Assembly: GCA_002633005.1 (NCBI GenBank) | Contig: NMRA01000382.1 | Location: 190,307 to 254,306, forward strand | Direction of reading: 5' to 3' | DNA: 64,000 bases | From: Phoronis australis | Lineage: Eukaryota; Animalia; Phoronida | Shown: one piece after another, positions 14,449 to 26,711 of the stretch | How the letters are laid out: each line of letters begins with the position of its first letter | Position numbering within the stretch: position 1 is the first letter of the stretch | The notes under the pieces: model-generated | The model's database searches: none | What the model was told of the DNA's origin: nothing | What the model saw: only the letters and a program-made list of their open reading frames with translations | Program-made: the position numbers and the translations under genes

Positions 14449-14647
14449 CAGGAAACGCATTGAGCACAGGCGGTCATGAGACTTTGGCGTCCACACACTT
14501 GTCGTCACTTGGTCGACCATGTTGACCGTGGTTCTCTATCTTTGTAGTTACCTTGGATCTCTTGGAAACTTGTAAACACCTATCTAGGATATGACCACGG
14601 CACACAGTTATAATCAAGCGCAATGCCGTACTTTGATAATAGCTCAT
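14449..14647 (-). pseudogene. Degenerate THAP zinc-finger exon (DNA-transposon remnant)
   Basis: Minus-strand reading VYKFPRDPR*LQR*..VWTPKSHDRLCSMRF followed by a GTAAG donor matches the THAP FP..W..LCS.HF pattern, with stop codons. Confidence 0.6.
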
Positions 14648-15202
14648 TCTTCTTGCCAACTGTTTACATACAGACAACAACGCAAGCGCAGTTCAATCAC
14701 CACTAGTACACAATCTGTGCTAGGGAAATAGCCCTAATCTCCCACTGTCTATTTATTACAAGTTTACAACTTTGTCTAAAATTTAAAACATTAGACGTGT
14801 TTGGGAAGACATGAACACCAAATACGATCCGAAAAACCTTCAATTTCTTGAAGCAAATCGAAATGAGATAATTAAATACTTGCAATTTAAATTATTCCAA
14901 AAGTGATGTGCGAGGGAAATTCATTGAAAGAGTTGATCTATATTCTGGTATTCAATTTCATCGTCTCATCTATTCAAACTAACCCCTATTCTGCATTGGC
15001 ACAAAGTTTTGTACAGGCATCTCTGGTCCGCTTTTAGGTTTGACAGTGCTTTTGAAATAGTGAGCACAGAAATCTTGTAAATTGTTTTTGAGCACCTGGA
15101 TTGCACTTTTCTCAACTTATATGTAGACGTATAAGAAATTCCCTGAAGGATAATGAGTTACTCAGTGACTTCCTATTATGTACAAGCACTACGGTTTACC
15201 GG

Positions 15203-15353
15203 CATGGGCGGCGCACAGTGGGGGACTGGGAGGGGGGCTATAGCCCCACTTTTTTAATGCTGCACCGCGCATGGTCTAAGGGCTTTGCACCACAAGGAGA
15301 CTTGAGAGATGGAGTGCTATAGCACCTCTTTTTCCACTGCTTCACCGCCCATG
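15203..15353. mobile_element. Short MITE
   Basis: TIRs CATGGGCGG / CCGCCCATG around a G-rich core. Confidence 0.55.
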
Positions 15354-15584
15354 GCCGCTCAATTCAACTAGCGTGTCCACCATTAGTGTATCAGAAGTAC
15401 CAGCACGTGCTGTTCAAATGTTGTGAAACCTGAAGACAGTCGAAGAAATGATTTAAATACCGTGCCAAAGTAAATAGACTGGCATTGGTTTTCAAAAGAA
15501 AATCGACTTTAAAATATATGTTATTATCTCATCACGTTCTGTGTGTTGAAATGCAATCGTCTTCTTATTCCTCCGATGTTTTAG

Positions 15585-15899
15585 TAGTGGACGTTACGTG
15601 TCTGAAAGATCAACGCGGCCTAAACTACAGAGGGAAGGTAGCGGTTTCTGCACGGTTCCAACAGCCGTGCATGCAGTGGTCTCGTGTACTTGCGTCACTC
15701 GAGGCAGAAAAGTCCTACCAGAGCTTCAAATTCCTACGTAACTGGGTCAGTAGCTACAACAAAATGAATCCATGGGATAGAAATACCACGTACTGCAGAA
15801 ACATCGATAACGACGAAAATGGACCGTGGTGCTTTATAAAATCTCAATCCCCTGGCTGGTCAAAGGCGTACTGTTACATACCAATATGTCCCAGTTATG
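15585..15899 (+). CDS. Kringle-domain exon 1
   Basis: C..GLNYRG..PCMQW..YCRNID..GPWCF..YC..IC, six Cys; acceptor TTTTAG(TAG), donor G|GTAATG; 315 nt, phase 1-1. Confidence 0.9.
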
Positions 15900-16240
15900 G
15901 TAATGTTCGTGTTTGTAGCAGCCTAATAAGTACTTTAGGTTATAAGTTAACTAAAAACTACGGAACTTTGAAATCTTCCTGTCCTTGGAATACACAACCT
16001 CAAAAACGATTTTTTGAGCTTTTTTGTTTAACGACAATAACACATGTTGAAAATGCCAAGCTCGACGCAGTAATAGGTGAGCTAACCATAGTCGAGTCTG
16101 CTTTGTACATTTAAACCTATTATACCTTTAGATATGTTTCAGTGGTTTTTAATCGTTGAAACAAGAATTCGTGGTTAATGTGTTTCAGATGTGTTGTTCT
16201 GTTCCAATTAGTGGGGTGATAGTCAATATCTGTTTTTCAG

Positions 16241-16261
16241 TGAAAGAGTCAACAACAACCG
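16241..16261 (+). CDS. Probable 21-nt micro-exon (linker KESTTT)
   Basis: TGTTTTTCAG|TGAAAGAGTCAACAACAACCG|GTGAGT: near-consensus splice sites, phase 1-1, frame-preserving. Confidence 0.55.
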
Positions 16262-16699
16262 GTGAGTATAGATTAGGGTTATTTTCCCCCACGTTGGAAA
16301 CGACTGGTGATTTTGATATCTTAATCATTGTAGTTTTAGGTTATGTTAGTGGCAAATGGGACAGTGTTCCTAGTGTATTAGGTACAGCGTGGAAGGTCGT
16401 CATGCTCTTGCTAGCGTTTCCGTCCATTTCCCTTAAAAGATCGATGTAACACTAATAGGCCACACGTCTTCAGAGATGAATTCAGCACTTCTATGGTGGA
16501 GAATTCAAGGTGATTACGCTTACACTGTAGGCCTGATTTAAAAGGTGCGAATGTTCAGCAAGCGGACGTATTGACACGAACACGATGGAAATAGTGAGCT
16601 GTTGAAGATACAGATGACATACTCAAAATCAAGAGATATTGTGGTACATGTACATGTATGTTTTTTATGCGGTGAGAACTTCACAGCTCAGATAGCGAA

Positions 16700-17065
16700 T
16701 ATTACCTAGGATAAGGAGTGTAGGAAGTGATTCAGGAGGAAGAGAGTTTTTCAGAAGCAACAGTGCATCAATGCAGAATCTAAGGAACATGGCCGGAAGG
16801 TGCCCGTAGTAGATGGAGCCTAGTGTACTTGGAAGGCGCTTGACATTGTCAGATCTATGGATCAAGAAGCCACTTCTCATCATTACCCTGTTGAGACCGG
16901 TTAATGTTCTACCAATGATATCTTGTCAGTGAATAATTGCCGAAGATTCAAATAGCCAGCTATGTGGTAGGAACGGAACACTTACTCATGTTTTATAGAG
17001 ATGCAAGGCTACTTTGCAGCAATCCTGGTATTGATAGAGGCACGGTCAGGTGCTAAAGCCAGGAC
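16700..17065 (+). mobile_element. Decayed RLE-type non-LTR retrotransposon fragment (Hero/R2-group-like)
   Basis: Broken reading LTLSDLW..LCGRNGTLTHVL*RCKATLQQ..RHGQVLK resembles the C.LC..TL.HIL..C..WRH.QVL zinc knuckle. Confidence 0.55.
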
Positions 17066-18849
17066 ATGAGGAAAAGATCGGCGAATCCAAAACGAGATCT
17101 ATCAGTTTTGTCTGCGCAGAAGAAAAGTGTCAACTTGGTGGTGTGCAAGATATTCCTATAGTACAGCCACTGAATTATTACACTTCGTCCGACTAGGTGT
17201 GACAATAATCGGTGACAGACCGGAGAGTGAGGCGTGAACAATGAGCGAGCAAGCCATGAAGCAGTCGTGAGCAAGACGATCTTGGCCAGGCAGGAGTTTC
17301 TCTGCCTTCACTACAGTCGAAACAATATTAATTGTTATCCTCAGTAGTTTATCGTGACAAAGTACAGTGTCGTATTTCTAATGACACTTCGTTTGTAGTG
17401 TTCACTACTTACCAAAGTGTACAAAGATTACTGTGGGAGGTGTACACCAGAGGCTGATATATTACTACACCAGTTTTCAAATAAAAATAGCTTGATTTGG
17501 AACACAATTATACAAAACAACTGAATGGAAAATTTAGGTGAAGGTTACGCAATTATATCGGTGAAGTTAAGGCCAGTGTCATGAAATCGTCGGTATAGTA
17601 CATGTAAGTACGCCAGTTCTTGCGATCCTTCAAAGAACTACCTCCAGTGAAAATGACCTTCCGCAGAGTCAAACCTTCGGTGCAGAAGATTCACTTTGAA
17701 ACTTGTGAAAATCATGTCTGAGGACATTTAAAAAACGCTTGCAATGGTCTGTCGATCATTTGACGACCTTATTTTTGTTTTAGGACTTATCTAGTTTCGT
17801 GGTAAACATGTTTTTGGAAGAGCAATATTGACTTTCACGTTTCAAGAATTTCCTTTTCTGAATACACATAACGAGTGTTGGTTTCACAACTTCTAAAATT
17901 AATGCTGTTTTACAAAAATGGAAAGTGCATTGATATTTACGTCCAAAACACAAAAGTGTTGAAATGCTTCAGCCAACGTTTGCAGGTTTTCTTACATAAT
18001 GGCTCCTGGACTTTTAAGGCATCATGGAAAGTTTTATATCTAAAATTCAGTTTGTTGATTACCCCAGGTATATATTTCAGTTAGTTATAGCTCTCGTAAC
18101 TTATTTACTTGTTCATGCCCTTTTTCGGAAGTGACGCGCTGGGGGTCAGAATTTCCTGGCATTTTGGTTCTGGGTTTGAATTAACAGTGAGCATGTGTTC
18201 TAGTGTTGTTTCCGGGCTGGTTTCCTAAAATATTTGTCGCCACTTGCCATCGATGAGTACGATACGAAAAGCTAGGCTGTTACAGAACGCATTGACAAAA
18301 AAGAGATGTCCGTTTGTGTTTTCACAAACTGAATGGTGCTTAATTGAACACCATGCCACTGGACGTGGTCAAGCGGGTCTTTAGCATTCCACAGACAAAT
18401 GTTCCACTTGTCCGGGTGTTCCGTCAGGCAGTCCTACTGGGACTTGACCGGAACACCTTAACTGCTTACAATACGACGTGTGATTTCATCGTCGCATAAC
18501 TGGCACTTTCTGAATAGCACCAATACTTTGATCAAGTCCACAAGAAACTTATTGTTGTTTGACTAACAGGCTTGGGGCCCGTCCCAACAAAATTGACTTA
18601 GCTAAGACAAATCTTATTTTTTGTAAATTTTAAAATAAAAGTTAAATTTGTCTCAAAACCAATTCAGGAAAGAGATCTTAAGTTTGTTTTAAATGCTTGA
18701 TATATTTTTGTCTTAATTTTGACTTGATTGCCTAATGTGGAAGTTTCAAAGTGTGGAAGTTAAGACAAATCTTAAACCTTAGTCAAAAATGAACTTAAGT
18801 CAGATTCTTGGAACTCTAAACTGGGTGAATAACTGGGTCTGTTCACTCC

Positions 18850-19640
18850 CACTATTCAACGTCGCTGCAGGGTAGATTGGCAGGCTCTGGGATGGGGCCA
18901 ACACAAGCAAAGGCGAATCACTGCTACTTCCTGGAGGTGCACAGTCTGGGGTTACACTCAGTGGCATGTGCGACGATACCTGTAGGGCTTTTAGTCACTG
19001 AAAAGCAAAAAGCCCATGAGGCTTCTCGCTTCACCAATGTATCTCTCGGTAGAGGTAACAGGGCATCAACGGGCTCAACAGCGACGGTATGGCATCTTTC
19101 TACGAGTACAGCCTTTGTTTTGCAAGAACCTTCATCAAATCCGCGTATTTTTTATCTTTTATGCCAAGGCAGAAAATGTCTGTCCCAAATTTGGTAGTTT
19201 TCTACAGCACTGGACTATGGCCAGCTTTAGATAACATTCAAGTGTGTCGGTTTACATAGGGAGTGTATTTGTATATACTGCTCTTAAAAGTATTTTACCT
19301 TGTATCTTTTTCTGTAATTATTAACGTAATCACGTATATTATAATTGTAATAACAGTATGTTGCGCAGACGACTAACATTCCTTCTTCGCCCCTCAACGA
19401 GGCAAATGCGGCGGAGTGTGTCATGCGTTGGAAAGCGATGCAATGGCATACCCATACATATGAGACGACAATGTGTACATCACGGTACGTAGGAAAGGTG
19501 CACCTTGCTGCTTTTGTGTTAAACAATCGTAAACGACGAAGAGATTTGTCACAACCGGGGTAAAACAATGACTGACTCGATGGCTCACTCAGTCAGGCAT
19601 TATGGAAGCAGAATGACGGAAAATTTTAGACTCCAAAACG
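18850..19640 (-). pseudogene. Degenerate THAP-domain element, paralogue of 60600-61230
   Basis: Minus-strand CTHCRL..LHRFPTHDTLRR; shared nucleotide blocks with the 60.6-61.2 kb copy (GCGACGGTATGG, GGCGAATCACTGCTA, ACAATGACTGACTCGA); AT-rich insertion at ~19210-19380. Confidence 0.65.
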
Positions 19641-21161
19641 TCACTTCTAGAATAGATCAAGACCAATTAAATAAACCACGGGAAACCGTAATTAATTTCT
19701 GGGATTATCAACAAACCGTGTTTTTACTCAAAAACTACGTGGCAAAAGGCTGTTTAAAGTCCAGGGTATTGCGTTTATCGGACAGATTGTTGTCTCAATA
19801 TTTTTATTACACATCCCAACATCGCCACGTAGACATTTTATATACATGTATTGTTGACATTTGTACGTTAGTAGACAGGTTAAAAGCGAACACTTGCAGT
19901 AAGAAAGGGATGGGAGTTAGGAGACCAGTCGAGCCATCAAGTGCAATTCCTGGAATTTAAAAATGGGCTCTCGGAAAAAAGGCGACAGCATGCTTCTTTT
20001 CAGTGTGTGAACATTACAAGGAAACAACTGATTGGCAAAAAAGCCACAGATATTGAAAGCACTCGTCCCGTTAAGGCTGCTTTCAACCAACACACCAAGA
20101 TATCTGCGTTGGACCCAAATGATGGCCCTTCTTTCAGAATTATCGTCTTCAAGTTGATGATGATCGACCAAGAAGCCTGTTGGGTGATGAATATCAGAAG
20201 AATCAGGATTTTGAAGGAACATCATGCGACGATAAGAACTGCTTCAGAGGTCATATCAAATGTTATAAGGCGTCTCTTCATTACAGAGTCTTTCGTCAAT
20301 CCAGTGGACAGGTTTATAATACGACCTGTCTGACTGAAAACAGTTCAGAACCGCTTGGACACAACTTCGATCATGAATAATAACAATTCGATTGCAACTT
20401 GCGATACCTACGAAAACGAAAAAAAAAATCCAGCGTTGTTGGTGCTTTTGACGAAGTTGTCCTATTATTAAAATCGCAACATTGTGTTAAATTGATAATA
20501 AACCTTTTCTTAGCTCAAAGTAGTAATGTTATGCTACTCCAACTGCCATTTGCTAGTACATTTACTGGTTATGATTTATAATACATTGTAAAAAGCATGT
20601 CCCCCACAATATCAAACTATTCCAAACAAGCGATTACTTATATCTTGAAAACGTGTACATGTTTGTTACAAATTGAATGAGATGGCTCAATTTCTGAACA
20701 AAATCTCCGAAGCTTACTGTATAATTATATCAAGTTTGATATAATATCATCACGTACATGTACCTAACCAAGTAGGCCTTCCCTGTCAGGAAACAAACTT
20801 GAATCCCTTTCAACTTCAACATTCCTTCGAAATTAAACCAGCCGTTACATGTTGAAGTGGTGTCACTGGGTCAAAAGAAAGACAAGTTCAAACATTCTTG
20901 ATGGATCACTCATTCATACATTGTACATGTAACTTTACAGATGCTCTCGTAAAGGTCATGTTTCCGGCGTGCTAGTTTCGTTTCGATTTCTTTTCGCTGT
21001 GTTAATACGGTGGCAACTACCGGCTGTCTAGTTGCTAGCTTAGTCTCTAGGATTACTCGATGACATAATTGGAATCTAGTGATGTGACAACTAATTTAAT
21101 GTGTTTTATTTTGTCAGTTGATTACTACATTATTAAGTTAACAATATGTCATGTTCCGTAG

Positions 21162-21434
21162 AACCATGCACAATTCACCTGTTTGGGAGGGACAATCTTG
21201 AATCGAAATCGACTACTTCCAAAGGGGAACGGTGCATGACCTGGTCACACTCGGATGTGGTCGTAAGACTTCACGAGACAGAAATAGGAATGAAGGGATT
21301 TAACAACATGCCTATACAAGTGCAGAGGTCAAACCTCTGTAGAAATCCAGACAACCGTGCAAAAGGCCCATGGTGCTATATTGACGGCAAATTCCCATCG
21401 TGGGACTACTGCAGAGTTGAACACTGTAAAAAGG
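21162..21434 (+). CDS. Kringle-domain exon 2
   Basis: C..STTSKGERCMTW..NLCRNPDNRAKGPWCY..WDYC..HC; acceptor CCGTAG, donor G|GTGAGT; 273 nt, phase 1-1. Confidence 0.9.
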
Positions 21435-22039
21435 GTGAGTTTCAATTGCATGACACACTTGATCGAAAATATCATACTTAAACTATTTTGGCATTTTGTT
21501 CAGTGCGGAATACTTTCCAACGATGCAATGATTGTTGAAATCTTCCTCATAAAGATAATGATATCGGTGTCTAAGCCAAGGTCTAAAGGAAAAACTCGCC
21601 AGAAACGTCTTTATTTGTGGCGAAGAGGAGCTAACCAGGCTTTTTCCTAGGGAGCATATCACAGAACAGCCGTTCGGAAAATACATGTTGGTCGAGAATA
21701 AATGAGTGATCATAAAGAAGCTATTATTATCGTATCCATGGTGGTACAACAATTCACAAATCAAATTTTTTGATACTATTGTTAATACCAATAATTTTTC
21801 AAGTATTTATTATCATTTAATTACAAGTACAGAAATCAAACAAACAAACAATCACATAAGTACACCCATTCATTCACGCGTCCACACCTCGGGAGAGACC
21901 ATTCTCGTATATCATATGCAGTAAATAGCTCCTACATGTACATGGAGTTAAAGTGAACAATGGAATTTCCCCAATTCCCATAAAAGCTGTCATATACAAA
22001 TTTATTAATGCATTATAGTACTAATAATTATATGTAACG

Positions 22040-24330
22040 AACTTGTGAAAATTAGGTATATTTTTCTGACATCTCTCCTTGTAAATGTACTGTGTGGCTA
22101 GTAGAAGCAAAATGTTAAATAGAAAATCGCGCGTCTTATGAAGTCTAAGAATTACACCATCTTAAGAGAGACAGGTGGGAAGATGAATGCCACACTTTTC
22201 AAGTAGCTTTCTGAATTCCTTCCAGAAACCTTGTGCAAGGCTACATTCCCAAAAAGGGTGTGACAGAGTCTCTGGAGCTTAATTGTAGTATTCTAAATTG
22301 GAACCATCTAATATTTGGATCCTTTGTAATTTCATAATGCAATTCGTATGTTTTCTTAAATTCTAAACTATCTTCTAACTCTATTTTCCATTTACACTCT
22401 GACTTAGAAGGTTTCTTAACGTCATTAAAGACTGAACAAACATGTCTACAACCCTTTGAATCTTTACATAAGTGAGTAATTGCTAAAGGCATGCAAGGAG
22501 AGTAGACATTAAAACGTTTTAATTTACTTTGAAATAGACATTTTGAAGCCTTTTTAGATCAGAAACAACACCATTATATTCTACACACCTGTTTTTATGT
22601 GGATCAAACTAACAAAACCACCATCAGAGGTATACATATATCTAATAAATCTTAATCCTTTTACAAATTAGTGCTTAAAAGGAAGACCTGTGCCTCCGAT
22701 CGCCAAGTTACTATTGAACCACAAAGGTTGATTCAAAAAGTCTTCCTTACTCGCAACAATTATTTTCTTGTAGAAAGATGACTTAGTTCCAAATATGTCG
22801 TGCCAGTAGGAATTAACAAATTTCGCAAAAAATCTCCACGCACAATATAAAATTGTTGGGAGACAAAGTGGCAACTCGTCTGCAGCCACGCGAAATATTG
22901 AAACAAGAAGATGGCTGACCATTTACGGCAACGCAAGACTTTCTTCCAAATTCTGCTCGACCAACCAAATATAAGGAAAGATAAAAAATTCTTTGAATAA
23001 AATTCCACGACAATCAATCAAATGCTTTCTCAAAATCAATTAGTGAAAGCAACCCTGGTTTGTTAGCTGCCTGGGCATAAAACGTAAAATCATACGCACG
23101 CGGATATTTTCGTTCATATTTATTCCAGAAACGAAACCTGTCTGGTCCTTACTGAACACATTTCCCAAAACGGATTTTAGCCATTCAGCCTCAGCCGAAG
23201 AAGCCAATTGACCTATCGTAAGCTCCGCTCCCTTGTGTAATGTCGACTAACAAACAATACGTTTTACCCGGCAACCTACTGTTTGTCGGGTAAAAATGGC
23301 GACTTGGAAATGAAGGTGTGTAAAGAATGATGAGTTCTAAATGGTCCGTAAAGCCGTCATTCAAAATCCTGGCGATAGGTCAATTTATGTGTCAAATTGA
23401 GTAAGGAAATGTGTTTCCAGATTTTCAAATAATGTTTATATTTATATTTATATTTATATTTATCTGCTCCCTTAGGGATGCAGGTAATCAGGCCCTCTTT
23501 TTGTGTTGAGGATAACTGGCCAACAGCAAAACCAGTTTTAAGTGAGTGAACAACGAAATGTCCAATACAAACACCACAAATTTATAAAGTTCCACCTAAA
23601 AACCATCAGAGCCCGGGTTGTTGTTGTTTTTTTTTTGTCTTCAACCATTGTGTGACTACTTCACATGTAATAAGATCTTATAATTCTTCTTTTTTCTGTC
23701 TCATTCAGCTTGGAGACACAAAATTTAGCAACAAGAAATTCTAAAGCAGTATCGTTAGACTGTCTATATTTGTATAGATAATCATAAAAAGTTTTGATTT
23801 CCTGAATAACCTCTTCTTCACTTATGGTGTTTGTATTGTCAGATTTCCACAAAAAAGGCATAATCTTAGTTGTGTAATGCCTAATATCCTAATGAAAAAA
23901 TATTTGGAAGGTTTTTTACCCTCATCAATCCATCTTGCTCTCGACCTAGTCATAAGACCTCTTAACTCATTTTGCCTTAGCTCGCCAAGTCGATTATTTT
24001 TTTGTTCCAGGATTTCCCTGTCGAGGCTTAGACATTTTTCCAATAAGCTTATTTCTTTGATAAGTTGCTTTTCAACTCCAGCACTATTTCTTTTTAAGTA
24101 AGTAGCAAAGGAAATTGTTTTGAAGCGAATCTCCATTAACAACGTTTCGAGAAAAAGCTCATCATTTGTAGACAGTTGTAATTCTGAATTACATGTTCTT
24201 GTACTTGTACTATCAACTTTCTGAATGTCGTCAGTCATACACTGTCGTTTAACTAATTTAATAGTATTCTTGACTTCAGCAATCTGCTCAGGGTTTTTTA
24301 GGAGATAGTTATTTAAGAGACAGTCCATAT
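22040..24330 (-). mobile_element. Fragmented L1/Tx1-clade LINE ORF2, interrupted by other sequence
   Basis: RSRARWIDEGKKPSKYFF, NPGSDGF..ELYK (~23600), QPLWFNSNL and WFQFRIL motifs occur in the expected order on the minus strand. Confidence 0.8.
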
Positions 24331-24989
24331 AAAAACCAGTACATTTTCAAAAATCAGTCTATACGTCAAAATTTAAAATAACTTCATTTTTGTACATGGG
24401 TAGGTATCCTAACATAAACCTAAATGCCAAATTTTGTGCATTCAATGACCCCTAATTTCGCCGCTGGAGCATGACAACACAAATTGGCACAATTGGGCAT
24501 ATTAGCCGTCTCAAAAATCGCATGTTTTCAGCAACAGAAATGAGTAAAATACAAAATAGATCAAAAGCTATATTTTGGTGGCTGAAATAAACAACATATA
24601 CTGTACATAATTCTGTGCCATTTATTAAAATCTGACAGTTTTGTTCTAGACAGGGGAGATAATCCACAGACCACTTTTTGGGGCTATTGTTAGAGGCCAT
24701 TTGTGTGACCTTCTTACTGCCATAAAACACCGTGTAGCTTTATGTGACGTTTTGAGCATACAGCTTAAGAGTTAGTCTTGATGACTGAGCAACAAAAAAT
24801 CTTGCCTTAACTTTGCACCTTAGTGAAATTTGTCTTGTAAAACTGTCTATTTTCATAGTTTGGAAATGACGAGCAGAGTTTACAGACCATTTGAACACAC
24901 TTTTAGGTAATAAGTCTGCTTTAAATACTTAGAGAAACCAAGTCTAAACTCTTTCAAATGAAAACAAGATGTTTTCTAGGTTTATTACT

Positions 24990-25460
24990 CGGCTAATTAA
25001 CTTAAATTTTTTGCTGAAAACCTAAGTTTTTGGAAATTAACTTATATTTTAGAGGAAAAACCTAAGTTCTTCCGAAAAGTTTTTAAAACTTAAGTTTTTC
25101 GCTAAAAACTTATGTTTTTCAGCACATTGTGCAGTTTTTATGAGAACTTAAGTTTTTTCAAGTATAAAACTTAAGTTTTCACAAATAAACTGAAGTTTCA
25201 AGTAATAACTTAAGTTTTCATGAAAACTTAAGTTTTTTGTACAAACAAAACTTAGGTTTTTCTGATAACTTAAGTTTATCACAAAACTTAAGTTTTCCTG
25301 ACTTCTTAAGTTTTTCGCAAACTTTAGTTTTTCCAGTTATAGAAACTTAAGTTTTCCTGATTTCTTAAGTTTTTCAGAAAACTAGACTTTTTCATGTGTG
25401 GAAAACTTGAATTTTCTAAAAACTCTAAGGTTGAAAATTTGCGTTTTTTAAGTTTTTAAA
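24990..25460. repeat. Array of the palindromic unit AAAACTTAAGTTTT (left array)
   Basis: Many degenerate AAACTTAAGTTT copies at irregular short spacing. Confidence 0.9.
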
Positions 25461-26711
25461 TTTTGAATGTTGTGAGATATTTTATTTTTGGTTCGAAAAT
25501 GTTCCCATTATTTTCCAACAAAAATTATTGTTTGCTCATGCAAAACCCATCATCTCATAAAAATGTTGCCCGAATGTTTCCTTAACATTTGTATAGATAC
25601 AAACCATGAAACGACGAACGTTTAACCTGGTCAGTACAGATTTAGTGTAATTACGTAATCATTATCGCACGTCTTTGTAAATTTAAATGTAGACGAACAT
25701 CCGGTGACCAACAGCAGTAAGAATGCACCCAATGTTAATCCCCTGAGTCACTGACCTGGTCAGTACAATGTATTTAATAGAACTCATGCAATTCTTTAAA
25801 AAACGTAGTTATTGTGCAAGTTTCCTTTGTGCTGTGTTGTATTCGTAAGGCAGTTTCCACCGGAAGTCAAGGGCTTGAAAAAGTCGTGTGTTGGCTAGCC
25901 CGCGACAATGAAAGATAAATTACTACGAGCAGAGCCAGCCAGAAGACATTTCAGAAGATTTGGAAGTCAGGTTAGTGCCAGAGCGTTCTAAAATCGATTG
26001 GCCACAATCGGTTATGTGATTTCCAACCTGTTAAGTTCAGTTGTTATTGTCAGCCACTCACGAGTCACGCTGTCACATACCGACATGCCGACATGGACTC
26101 ATTCTGTGTGTGAATTCTCTAAACTTCCAACACGTAATATACTTCTGGAGGTCCATCAGAGGAACCCATAACGTTCACATAAGGCTATAATTACTCTATT
26201 ATATTTCTGTCTTCTGAGGTTGTGTCAGTGAGCATCAATGCAAAGGGGGACTACCAAGGCAAAGTGTAATCATTTCCCAAGTTGGGTATATTGGCATTGG
26301 TTGTGTGTGCTTATGTTTATATTCGTAGTAATTCTTGGAAGCTCCTGATTTTGAAATTTCATATCACTACAGGTCAATAATTTGCACGGTTCACTTGCCT
26401 CATCCACGCACCAATCCTAAAATATGGGGGGTGCTCAAATTTTTGGGCATGTTGACCTTTTACTAAAAAACGGGGTATGTTCAGAGCTGTGCACAGTGCA
26501 TTCCTCAATAACAGCTTTTTAGTGGATTTGTGTCTCGTTTTCTCATTTTTCGTTCCTATGAGGCTGACCTTTCATACTCGTTCGAGCCTACCCTGAGTGC
26601 GCGCATGTGCCTGTTTCTCAAAATTAAGAATCACCAGTGTAACTATTGTATTGCCTATTTTGACTGATTTGCTCAGGTTTAACGGGAGCATCTAGGACAT
26701 CCCGATCCCAC

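Noticed and set aside
19568-20380. Overlapping 100-130 aa ORFs on both strands
   Set aside because: No recognisable motif or splice structure; possibly a decayed TE, but this cannot be supported.
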